From an uncultured Alphaproteobacteria bacterium (lineage in GTDB: Bacteria > Pseudomonadota > Alphaproteobacteria > CAAHEQ01 > UBA3637), in assembly GCA_944392585.1 (NCBI GenBank), contig CALXXA010000028.1, positions 521-64,520 of the forward strand: a stretch of 64,000 nucleotides of DNA, written 5' to 3'. Of the stretch, positions 1 to 7,548 are shown in pieces (position 1 is the stretch's first letter; every line of letters begins with the position of its first letter). The translations under genes and the position numbers were made by a program. A model generated the notes under the pieces. That model made no database searches, was not told where the DNA came from, and saw only the letters and a list, made by a program, of their open reading frames with translations.

Positions 1-143
1 ACTCTTTTATGTTCGGCCGGTGTCAGGTTAATGGTTTCGACCACCGCCACAGTCTCCAGTCTGTTGCTGTTGGCTCTGGTTGTGCTCTTTACTTCGTCGA
101 GGTCGGAGGGCTTCCTGACCATGTAAGTTTTAACTGTTTTCAT
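1..143 (-). CDS. 5'-partial hypothetical CDS running off the window start (begins MKTVKTYMVRKPSDLDEV...)
   Basis: ATG at 141-143 on the minus strand, preceded by an AGGAG-like RBS (revcomp of 'catgataatctcc'). The frame stays open to position 1. No homolog recognised. Confidence 0.3.
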   Translation of the reverse strand, partial: MKTVKTYMVRKPSDLDEVKSTTRANSNRLETVAVVETINLTPAEHKR

Positions 144-242
144 GATAATCTCCTTTCGCATCACAATGAATGCTCTTTTTCGAAGAATTATCCAGTTATT
201 TCTGTACTAAATCGCAAGAAATATGCATTATTTTGAGGGGGG

Positions 243-339
243 GTGACCAGCCAGAAGTGACCAGTGACCAGCCAGGAAAAATCGGACCCTATTATAACCC
301 TTGTATTTATTGGGGTTTGAGATATACCCGACCAGCCAG
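243..339. repeat. Cluster of GTGACCAG(CC) direct repeats, iteron-like
   Basis: 'gtgaccagccagaagtgaccagtgaccagccagg' at 243-276 and 'cgaccagccag' at 329-339. These share the TGACCA core with the tandem repeats downstream. Confidence 0.6.
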
Positions 340-367
340 AATTTTTCTGTTTCGCTAGAAATATGGC

Positions 368-385
368 GCGGCTTGCGTCCCCGCA
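368..385. repeat. Left copy of an 18-bp direct repeat, 'gcggcttgcgtccccgca'
   Basis: 17/18 identical to 582-599. The two copies bracket the tandem iteron block. Confidence 0.6.
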
Positions 386-434
386 TATGAAATCTCGCCA
401 GGAAGGACCCATGGCCGGACACCCAACTACCCAG

Positions 435-490
435 GTGACCACCCAAAAGTACCAAGTGACCACCCAAAAGTACCAAGTGACCACCCAAAC
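435..490. repeat. Tandem 21-bp repeat 'gtgaccacccaaaagtaccaa' (~2.7 copies), putative replication iterons
   Basis: Perfect copies at 435-455 and 456-476, a partial copy at 477-490, and a degenerate copy 'ctgaccactgaccacccaaaa' at 536-557. This periodicity is what generates the repetitive 'VVTWYFW' ORFs in the six-frame track. A Rep-like gene lies ~750 bp away. Confidence 0.65.
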
Positions 491-581
491 TTAAAATAAA
501 ATCTTGTAACTCTTTGATATTTATGTATTTTTATCTGACCACTGACCACCCAAAATTTTTTGGTTTTACTGAAAAAACACT

Positions 582-599
582 GCCGCTTGCGTCCCCGCA
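582..599. repeat. Right copy of the 18-bp direct repeat, 'gccgcttgcgtccccgca'
   Basis: Matches 368-385. Confidence 0.6.
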
Positions 600-602
600 G
601 AC

Positions 603-632
603 ATAAAAAAGCCACCTTTTTGATCAGGTGGC
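603..632 (-). terminator. Rho-independent terminator downstream of the nitroreductase gene
   Basis: Hairpin gccacct-N8-aggtggc at 611-632, followed on the minus strand by a T-run (complement of 'ataaaaaa' at 603-610). It sits directly after the minus-strand stop at 656. Confidence 0.6.
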
Positions 633-655
633 TAGCGACCAAAACAACGGAGAAA

Positions 656-1171
656 TTATAAAAATTGAACGGTATCGGACAAGGGCTTCTTGTTCGTATG
701 CGTTGGCGCTGGTGCCGCCGAGGCTGTCGGATAACCGAACATCATGAGCAAAACGGGCACTTCGTTTTTGGGTAAATCAAAAGCCTTGCGCGTTTCATCC
801 GGGTTAAACATATTCACCCAAGTGGAATGAACGCCCAAGTCTGCGGCCTGCAACATCATGTGTGTTGCCACAATGGATGCATCCTCAACGCCCGAAGTAA
901 TAGTCTCATCAGTTGGGTTGTGCCATTCTTGATTTTTATCATAGCAAATAATCATGGCAAGCGGGGCATTGTAGTGACAAGGTGTCACAGCCCGCAACTT
1001 TTCCATGGCCGCCGGTGATTGAACAACATAAACCTTTTGCGGTTGGTTGTTCTTGGCGGTAGGGGCCACTCGACCTGCCTGTAAGATCTTTTGGATTTTT
1101 TCATCTTCAACAGGTTTAGTATCATAACTTCTTTGCGTATAACACACTGTACTCAGTTCTTCAAATGTCAT
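656..1171 (-). CDS. Nitroreductase-family protein, likely cargo of the mobile element
   Basis: 171 aa. NfsB/nitroreductase-fold-like sequence by eye. Clean ORF with a downstream terminator. Confidence 0.65.
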   Translation of the reverse strand: MTFEELSTVCYTQRSYDTKPVEDEKIQKILQAGRVAPTAKNNQPQKVYVVQSPAAMEKLRAVTPCHYNAPLAMIICYDKNQEWHNPTDETITSGVEDASIVATHMMLQAADLGVHSTWVNMFNPDETRKAFDLPKNEVPVLLMMFGYPTASAAPAPTHTNKKPLSDTVQFL

Positions 1172-1249
1172 TGTATATCCTTTCTATTTGTGATTATTAT
1201 ATAGCACTGTTTTTCAAAAAAAGAAAGTAAATTAGTAAGCTAAAAACTT

Positions 1250-2014
1250 TTAAGCCCCTTCATTGGTTTTTGCATATTCTTCCCCGTACATTTCCCATTG
1301 GTCAACCGAGCGCTTCCAATCTTTAATTGGATTGCCATACTTATCACACCACTTTTTGCGGGAATAATAAACATGGAACTGGTAAGGGTTGATTTTATGA
1401 TACTGCCTTACTTGACAATACTCTTCCACTTGTTCTATGGACGGGCTGTTATCACTTAGCCCCAACAGCTGTCCGATTGGAACCGGACCTTTAGAAATTG
1501 AGCCTTGCCTTGGCACACTCCAATTCATTGCCAAGCCTGAGGGAGTTTCTTTTTCATTATATACATTCTGGGCATTCTTTCCTTTCTTATTTATAGCCGC
1601 AGGTAGTTCGCCGGTCGTCCGCAGGTAGTTCGCGCCTGAGTCGCATGGGGATAATTCATCACCGCCTAACACATTGAAATCATTATATTTTAACATCTTT
1701 ATAAGTAGTCCGTTTGCTAAGCGTTTTGTATCAACTTCACCGGTTTTTTTGAGTTTTGCTATAACCCGCTTGATTTGTTGCGGGGATTTTTTTAAGGCCT
1801 CTGAGATCACAGCATAACTGGTCAGCAATTCGCCTTTATGGATAACATATTCATAAAGTTCTTTATCTTGGAAATTTGCCCGCAGTAAGAGATAAAGGTA
1901 CACTTGGCAGACATTTTCATCCGGAAGCCAACGCCAGTTTAAATAACGTCTGTCTAATTTGACAAAGCCAAGAGGAAAATGCGGATCATCCGTTTTTTGT
2001 TTGTTTTGAGACAT
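1250..2014 (-). CDS. Phage/plasmid replication-initiator-like protein (N-terminal winged-helix, DnaD/RepA-like), hypothetical
   Basis: 254 aa. N-terminal region resembles the wHTH of replisome-organiser/Rep proteins. Operonic with the serine recombinase and upstream of the iteron array. Confidence 0.45.
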   Translation of the reverse strand: MSQNKQKTDDPHFPLGFVKLDRRYLNWRWLPDENVCQVYLYLLLRANFQDKELYEYVIHKGELLTSYAVISEALKKSPQQIKRVIAKLKKTGEVDTKRLANGLLIKMLKYNDFNVLGGDELSPCDSGANYLRTTGELPAAINKKGKNAQNVYNEKETPSGLAMNWSVPRQGSISKGPVPIGQLLGLSDNSPSIEQVEEYCQVRQYHKINPYQFHVYYSRKKWCDKYGNPIKDWKRSVDQWEMYGEEYAKTNEGA

Positions 2015-2047
2015 CAGGTGTGTCCTTTCTAATGAGAAGGAAAAGGG

Positions 2048-3760
2048 TTAATCTTTGACGGGTGGAAAACCGAACAGTTTTCTTTGTTCGGTCCAACTGG
2101 CCGGGATAGAGGCCCTGAGCAATTCTCGGGCGGTCATTGTTTTGGGTTGAGCTCCCCGTAAAATGGCATCAATAATATCCGGTGCCAAAAAGGTGAGCCG
2201 AATTTGCGCTCCGATATAGGCTGGATCCTGATGATATACTTCGGCCAGTTCATGCAGGTTTAAGTTCTTGGCTTCCTGGGTTTCACGATAAGTAAAACCG
2301 TTGGCTAAAATCTTAATGAGATAACGGTCTTCTTTCTTGGATGGCTTTTCACCTGAGGTCAAATACAGCATATCCGACACTGTTTCGGGCAAATGAATCT
2401 CCTTGCTCCCACGATGTGTAATCAGGTTAAAGGGGACGGTAGATTCCATCAGTTCCGGCTTTGATTCATTGGGTTTCAAACTGGCTTTTAAGCGTTTATC
2501 CATCAGGTGAAGGGCCAACGGTTTCCAGACCACAATAATTTTATCGGCAAAAATCGTTACCCCTTGAAGCAGAAGGCTGACTATTTTTTCCTTTTGTGTG
2601 CCGGTCAGTTGTTGAAAAACAGAATCCGTTTCACGCATTGCATAAAAGACCTCGCTTTCTTTTAAGTCCGGTTGCACTTGGCAGGCTTCCTGCGTCAGCG
2701 CCTGTAAAACATACGGGGATTTAATCAGCGGATTGAGCAAGTCCATCACCAAATTATCCAACAAGTGCATGGGGATGGCATTCAGCCGACATGAATGAGG
2801 TCCGTATTTTTTGTGGGTGCTATCGGTATAATAATAGTATCGTTTGCCATTTTTTAAAGAATATCTGGGATAAAGTTTTTGCTCACAACATCCGCAAGAC
2901 AGAATCCCTCGAAGTAATCCGTTTTCCTCGTTTTTACTGACCGGTTTTAACCGCCGCCGCCGTATTTTTTGTGAATGTGAATTGAATAACTCCTGGGCGG
3001 CCTCAAAGGTTTTCTTATCAATAATCGGTTGATGCAGGCCCGGGAAAGAAGTCCCTTTATGCGTAATCTCGCCGATATAAACACGATTGTTGAGCATACT
3101 CCTTAAAAAGGTCCAGCCGGGAACTTTTCCCCGGAAAGTGCAATTTTCCCGTAAAAGGGTATGGCCCACCATGGATAAATTACCGGATGATAAAAACAGT
3201 TCATAAACGTGCTTGACCTTTTCGGCATCTTCCGGCACAACCACCAGTTTTTTATTTTCACCTTTATAACCAAACGGGGGAACACCGCCGACCCACATAC
3301 CCTTTTTCTTGGATGCCAGAATCTTATCGCGGATGCGTTCTCCACTGATTTCTCGTTCAAACTGCGCAAAGGATAACAGTACATTCAACATCAATCGCCC
3401 CATGCTATCCGCCGTATTGATATTTTGTGTCACCGATACAAAAGAGCAGTGGTGTTTATCAAAAATTTCAATCATCTTGGAAAAATCCAAAAGAGATCTG
3501 GTCAACCGGTCAATTTTATAAATAACCACCATATCCACTTTATTCGCTTGAATATCGGCCAGTAATTCTTGAAAAGCCGGTCGGTTCATATTACCGCCGG
3601 AATAACCACCGTCATCATAATGTTTGTCTATCAATTCCCATCCTTGATGACGTTGCGCCTTGATATAATTTTCCCCGGCTTCCCGTTGAGCTTCCAGGGT
3701 ATTAAATTGTTTTTCTAATCCTTCGTCTGTTGATTTACGTGTATAGATTGCACATCTCAT
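2048..3760 (-). CDS. Large serine recombinase (resolvase/invertase N-domain plus recombinase and zinc-ribbon domains)
   Basis: 570 aa. N-terminus 'IYTRKSTDEG...KIDRLTRS' carries the catalytic Ser-containing resolvase motifs. Cys-rich region 'CGCC...C' in the C-terminal half. Confidence 0.85.
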   Translation of the reverse strand: MRCAIYTRKSTDEGLEKQFNTLEAQREAGENYIKAQRHQGWELIDKHYDDGGYSGGNMNRPAFQELLADIQANKVDMVVIYKIDRLTRSLLDFSKMIEIFDKHHCSFVSVTQNINTADSMGRLMLNVLLSFAQFEREISGERIRDKILASKKKGMWVGGVPPFGYKGENKKLVVVPEDAEKVKHVYELFLSSGNLSMVGHTLLRENCTFRGKVPGWTFLRSMLNNRVYIGEITHKGTSFPGLHQPIIDKKTFEAAQELFNSHSQKIRRRRLKPVSKNEENGLLRGILSCGCCEQKLYPRYSLKNGKRYYYYTDSTHKKYGPHSCRLNAIPMHLLDNLVMDLLNPLIKSPYVLQALTQEACQVQPDLKESEVFYAMRETDSVFQQLTGTQKEKIVSLLLQGVTIFADKIIVVWKPLALHLMDKRLKASLKPNESKPELMESTVPFNLITHRGSKEIHLPETVSDMLYLTSGEKPSKKEDRYLIKILANGFTYRETQEAKNLNLHELAEVYHQDPAYIGAQIRLTFLAPDIIDAILRGAQPKTMTARELLRASIPASWTEQRKLFGFPPVKD

Positions 3761-4191
3761 TATCCAACTCCAAAAAAGCGTTTTCCCGAGGTGCGTATGC
3801 CTGTGATATGATGGGCAGCTGATGATAAACTGGTGTAATAGGTGCCGTCCATATCTACGCCCCTTTCCAAAATAGTGACACGATAGTCCGTCCCTTTATA
3901 GGTGCGGACTATCACTGTTCCCACCGGATATAAGCTTTTCTTGCGTTGTTGTTTTTCAAAGAGTTTTTTAATCAGGCTTTTTGTCTTTAAGGATAATCCC
4001 CCATGGCGTAATTCTTGCAAACGGTAAGAAACGCGCAAGATGTAAAACTCTTTATTGCCAATGCGGGCTTCTTGATTATACAGTTGCATATAATACTGTT
4101 TCAGGACATGAAAAGGCAAATCCGGCACAGTGCTAATATCAATGTTTAAGTCAAGATTTGTATCAACCATAGCGACTCCTTGTGAATACAA
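3760..4191 (-). CDS. DUF2924-family protein, a frequent partner of large serine recombinases
   Basis: 143 aa. Tail 'SLSSAAHHITGIRTSGKRFFG' is typical of DUF2924. Start overlaps the recombinase stop. Confidence 0.6.
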   Translation of the reverse strand: MYSQGVAMVDTNLDLNIDISTVPDLPFHVLKQYYMQLYNQEARIGNKEFYILRVSYRLQELRHGGLSLKTKSLIKKLFEKQQRKKSLYPVGTVIVRTYKGTDYRVTILERGVDMDGTYYTSLSSAAHHITGIRTSGKRFFGVG

Positions 4192-4321
4192 TAACGCTCT
4201 TTTTACAATTTATATCCAGTTAATTCTGATTATTTTTGGCACTTTCTTCCCCTTGATTGAAAACTTTCAGCAAAGTGGGGAGTATGACCAGCGCCAATTC
4301 GTGTAACGGATTGTTCATGGG

Positions 4322-4534
4322 CTACCTCTTATCAAAAGTGATTGCTGTTTTTTCGGCCGATTCCACCCAAGCATCTAAATCCGCCACATCATAAAAACTA
4401 TGACCGCGTACTTTTCTGAACTTGGGGCCGGAACCGTCCACCCGGTATTTTTGCAAGGTGCGTTGGGCTAACCCCAGATAGGTGGCGGCATCTTTTGTTG
4501 TATAAAAGCGTTGCGTTACTTTTCTTTTTTCCAT
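4322..4534 (-). CDS. AlpA/excisionase-family HTH phage regulatory protein
   Basis: 70 aa. 'TTKDAATYLGLAQRTLQKYRVDGSGPKF' matches the AlpA/Xis-type HTH. Confidence 0.7.
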   Translation of the reverse strand: MEKRKVTQRFYTTKDAATYLGLAQRTLQKYRVDGSGPKFRKVRGHSFYDVADLDAWVESAEKTAITFDKR

Positions 4535-4768
4535 CTTTTATTTCTCCTTAATTTATTGTTGACATTGCTCGCCTTATGCGAACAAGGCAAAGATAAAGCT
4601 TAAAAAGAAGAATAAACATTGAGATTTTTTTGAAGAAAACTAGCATTTTTTTAAAAATCCCAGTCTGCGAAAAAAAGTGTTGAGTACAAAAAACTTGTTC
4701 CTGTTCCCCCTGAAAAATATTGCCTTTTTATCGCCTTTTGACTATATCTTTGGATATAGGAGTATCTG

Positions 4769-5530
4769 ATGAAGGAATTTTACAGGAATTTATTTCAAGT
4801 ATATTTGTTTATGGCCCGGGCTTTATTTCCGAAAGATTCTGCTCTGCAACGCGAATTTTTACTGATAAAGGTCTCAGGCCTTGAAAAGGAAATGCCCGAA
4901 GTTTTTGAAAAATTGGGTGGGGTTTCACTTTTACGCCTGTACCGATCGGCCAAAGAGATGAAAAAATTACAAGAGCATATTCAAACAACCGATTGGTCTT
5001 ATGTCATGCGGATGTTAAAAACAATGCAGTCCATGCAACAGGATCCCAAATTGGCCGGTAAAGTCAGCCTCAACAAAGCGGCATTTGTTTTGGATAAAGA
5101 CATCAAAGAGGGAAAAGCTAAAGATTCCCAAAAGAACAATGCCCCTCGCTATAAAGATATCTGGCGCCAATATCGGGGTGTGGCCCATCTGATAGAGGCC
5201 CTTCAAATCATGAAAATGCAGTATCTGGAATGGACAGACAATCCTATCCCTTTTGAAGCCTTTTTGGCGTTGGCACTGGATCACCTGAATTTGGCCGCCT
5301 ATCAACAAGGGGAAGAACTGAAGAAATTGTACGAAGGACATACCAAAAAGCCCATTGTGCCGGCGGATGAATTTTTTGCGATAGAAAAACCAAAACTGGC
5401 CGAAGATGAATTAGCCATTGCCTTGGTGAAAGAGTGCCTTTTAAGCGACCCAACACTCAGTAAGAAAATCAGTAAATACCGCGCCCCGGTCTTTGACTAT
5501 GGGAACTTTGTCATTCCAAGCGATAACTAA
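4769..5530 (+). CDS. Hypothetical protein (253 aa) whose 3' end is duplicated downstream of the Abi cassette
   Basis: Clean ORF, GC-richer than the core genome, divergent from the alpA-like gene. The C-terminal 14 codons plus stop recur at 7104-7159. Confidence 0.55.
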   Translation: MKEFYRNLFQVYLFMARALFPKDSALQREFLLIKVSGLEKEMPEVFEKLGGVSLLRLYRSAKEMKKLQEHIQTTDWSYVMRMLKTMQSMQQDPKLAGKVSLNKAAFVLDKDIKEGKAKDSQKNNAPRYKDIWRQYRGVAHLIEALQIMKMQYLEWTDNPIPFEAFLALALDHLNLAAYQQGEELKKLYEGHTKKPIVPADEFFAIEKPKLAEDELAIALVKECLLSDPTLSKKISKYRAPVFDYGNFVIPSDN

Positions 5531-5541
5531 AATTGCTTAGC
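5486..5541. repeat. Direct repeat A (~56 bp) flanking the AbiE cassette; spans the last 14 codons and stop of CDS 4769-5530
   Basis: 'ccggtctttgactatgggaactttgtcattccaagcgataactaaaattgcttagc' is ~49/56 identical to 7104-7159. Confidence 0.8.
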
Positions 5542-5576
5542 TGATGTCATATTTTATCTATTTTGTAAAAAAATGC

Positions 5577-5605
5577 TTGATTTTCTCCTAAAACTCTAAT
5601 ATAAT
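5577..5605 (+). promoter_or_regulatory. Near-consensus sigma70 promoter for abiEi: TTGATT, 17-nt spacer, TATAAT
   Basis: -35 at 5577-5582, -10 at 5600-5605, RBS AGGAGA at 5615-5620, ATG at 5625. A 6-bp inverted repeat ctccta/taggag (5585-5590 and 5614-5619) flanks the -10 and is a possible autoregulatory operator. Confidence 0.5.
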
Positions 5606-5624
5606 TGGAGTAATAGGAGAAAAT

Positions 5625-6212
5625 ATGATATATTCTTTTGACGATTTAAAAACAAAATATAGTAATTACGCCAAAATTTACGATAAAATACGATATGAAG
5701 TAAAGGCAGGCCGCTTGATACCTATTGCACGTGAATTATATGAAACCGATCCTACGACCGATGGACAATATCTGGCCGGACGTATTTTCGGACCGTCGTA
5801 TTTATCTTTTGATTATGCACTGTATGTTTATTCCCTCATTCCGGAAACTGTTTATAAGACATATACATCTGCCACATTTAACAAGCGCAGAAAAAAGAAG
5901 TATCAAAATAATTTTGGTTTGTTTACATACAGGGATGTTCCGGCAGAAGTATACCCTCTTGCCGTATTAATTCATGAGGAGAATGGCTATTCTTACCAAA
6001 TTGCAACGCCCGAAAAGGCATTATGCGATAAATTATACACTTTACCGCCCATCAAGAATTTGACAGAATTAAAGGAACTTTTGTTTGAAGATTTGCGGAT
6101 AGATGAAGGAGAGTTCGCCAAGCTTAATAAGGAAGTATTAGAAAAAATAGCTCCTCTTTATCATTCAACCAATCTTCACATGCTTAGTAAGCTGATTAGG
6201 AGAACTTTATAA
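5625..6212 (+). CDS. AbiEi-like antitoxin/transcriptional regulator (type IV TA, N-terminal wHTH)
   Basis: 195 aa. 'VKAGRLIPIARELYE' matches the AbiEi wHTH signature (G-x-L-x-R-[IV]-[AR]-R-G-x-Y). Stop overlaps the ATG of the downstream DUF1814 gene (ATAATG). Confidence 0.65.
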   Translation: MIYSFDDLKTKYSNYAKIYDKIRYEVKAGRLIPIARELYETDPTTDGQYLAGRIFGPSYLSFDYALYVYSLIPETVYKTYTSATFNKRRKKKYQNNFGLFTYRDVPAEVYPLAVLIHEENGYSYQIATPEKALCDKLYTLPPIKNLTELKELLFEDLRIDEGEFAKLNKEVLEKIAPLYHSTNLHMLSKLIRRTL

Positions 6213-7072
6213 TGCAAACCATTTTAACCCAGATGTTGGAACAATATCAAACAAAAACTCTGACGGAAAAGAAAAACGCTATAAAGGAGGTTGTCCAAGA
6301 GATTGCCTTATGCGGGTTATCTCGAGCCGATTTCTTTAAACATGTTGCATTTTATGGCGGTACAGCATTGCGTATTTTTTATGGCCTCGATCGTTTTTCT
6401 GAAGATCTGGATTTTTCGCTTATATCTCCAAATCCGGATTTTGATTTAAAACCATATTTTAATGGGCTGGAAACAGAACTGGCTTCGGTCGGCTTAAAAT
6501 TTTCCATAGAAGAAAAAATAAAGTCCGTTGATTCTGACATTAAATCAGCCTTTTTAAAGGGAAATACAAAAGAACATATTGTCAGTATTTATGGCGTGCA
6601 GGACATCAATATTAACCCTAGTGAGATAATCAAAATAAAGTTTGAGATTGATACCAATCCTCCGGCCTTTGCCTCCTTTGAGAATAAATACCGATTACTG
6701 CCGTCACCATATCAAGTTAAACTTTATGATATGCCGTCATTATTTGCCGGTAAGGTTCATGCAGTTATTTGTCGGACTTGGAAAAATCGTGTTAAAGGGC
6801 GTGATTTATATGACTATATATTTTACCTGTCGCACCGATCAAAAATAAATTTACCCCATTTAAAAGCAAGACTTGTAGATTCTGGTGTTTTAAAGGACGA
6901 TGATACATTTACGATAGAAACTTTAAGAACGATGTTAAATGAACGTTTTGAAGCTATTGATTACGAAAGTGCAAAACAGGATGTATTACCGTTTATTACC
7001 GATGCGAATAAATTGGATCTATGGAGTAAGGAGTTTTTCATAGATATTAGTAAAAATCTTGCGGATAAATGA
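6212..7072 (+). CDS. AbiEii/AbiGii-family nucleotidyltransferase toxin (DUF1814)
   Basis: 286 aa. 'FYGGTALRIFYGLDRFSEDLDFSL' is the hallmark AbiEii NTase motif (GG...DLDF). Translationally coupled to the upstream wHTH gene. Confidence 0.8.
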   Translation: MQTILTQMLEQYQTKTLTEKKNAIKEVVQEIALCGLSRADFFKHVAFYGGTALRIFYGLDRFSEDLDFSLISPNPDFDLKPYFNGLETELASVGLKFSIEEKIKSVDSDIKSAFLKGNTKEHIVSIYGVQDININPSEIIKIKFEIDTNPPAFASFENKYRLLPSPYQVKLYDMPSLFAGKVHAVICRTWKNRVKGRDLYDYIFYLSHRSKINLPHLKARLVDSGVLKDDDTFTIETLRTMLNERFEAIDYESAKQDVLPFITDANKLDLWSKEFFIDISKNLADK

Positions 7073-7103
7073 TCAATAACAAATAAAGATTTACTTCTAA
7101 TAT

Positions 7104-7159
7104 CCGGTCTTTGACTATGGTAATTTTGATATTCCAAGCGATAATTAAAATTGCCTAGC
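7104..7159. repeat. Direct repeat B; encodes '...PVFDYGNFDIPSDN*', i.e. the tail of the 4769-5530 protein with mostly synonymous changes
   Basis: Alignment to 5486-5541. Differences are ggg/ggt, aac/aat, gtc/gat and aac/aat. 'attgcctagc' recurs at 7208-7217. Confidence 0.8.
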
Positions 7160-7179
7160 GGATAAAGATACGAAACGAA

Positions 7180-7206
7180 AAAGGCGCAAAGTTATGCCTT
7201 TTTATG
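7180..7206 (+). terminator. Possible rho-independent terminator after the Abi cassette
   Basis: aaaggc-N10-gccttt followed by tttta. Confidence 0.35.
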
Positions 7207-7374
7207 GATTGCCTAGCAAAGAAAGTTTTGGGTGGTTCATTTGCTTAAATAGCACTTTTGCTTTCATCTCACAAAAAACACAGATGAATTGTGGTAAATG
7301 GGCATTTTCACATTGAGCCTAAAATTCATCACAAGAGCCTTTATAACTTAGCTTTCATCGCCTCATTTCAGGCA

Positions 7375-7400
7375 CGAAAAAAGCCCGTCTAAAACGGGCT
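7375..7400 (-). terminator. Rho-independent terminator of tRNA-Ala
   Basis: agcccgt-ctaaa-acgggct hairpin, followed on the minus strand by TTTTTTCG. Confidence 0.6.
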
Positions 7401-7411
7401 GAATCTTAAAT

Positions 7412-7487
7412 TGGTGGAGGTAAGGAGGATCGAACTCCTGACCTTTGCAATGCCATTGCAACGCTCTCCCAGCTGAGCTATACCCCC
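7412..7487 (-). tRNA. tRNA-Ala, anticodon GGC
   Basis: Reverse complement: GGGGGTATAGCTCAGCTGGGAGAGCG TTGCA-ATGGCAT-TGCAA AGGTCAGGAGTTCGATCCTCCTTACCTCCACCA. Cloverleaf with a 7-nt anticodon loop centred on GGC. CCA is encoded. Confidence 0.9.
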
Positions 7488-7548
7488 GTTTGATAAAATA
7501 TGAGTATATATAAATTTTTTTTTTATACAAGAAAAAAATAATTTTTTC

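Noticed and set aside
435-557. Possible CRISPR array
   Set aside because: The repeats are directly tandem with no unique spacers, units are only 21 bp and number under 3, and there are no cas genes. This is iteron-like, not CRISPR.
188-642. Three overlapping minus-strand ORFs (98, 86, 71 aa) with internally repetitive peptides (VVTWYFW..., GGHLVLL...)
   Set aside because: They are translation artefacts of the 21-bp tandem DNA repeats and TGACCA iterons. There is no RBS, no consistent frame, and the repeat period is not a multiple that conserves any one peptide.
7160-7411. Searched for a direct repeat of the tRNA-Ala 3' end (attL/attR) to delimit the island
   Set aside because: No copy of 'ggatcgaactcctgacc' or neighbouring tRNA 3' sequence exists elsewhere in the window. 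The island boundary cannot be defined from this window.
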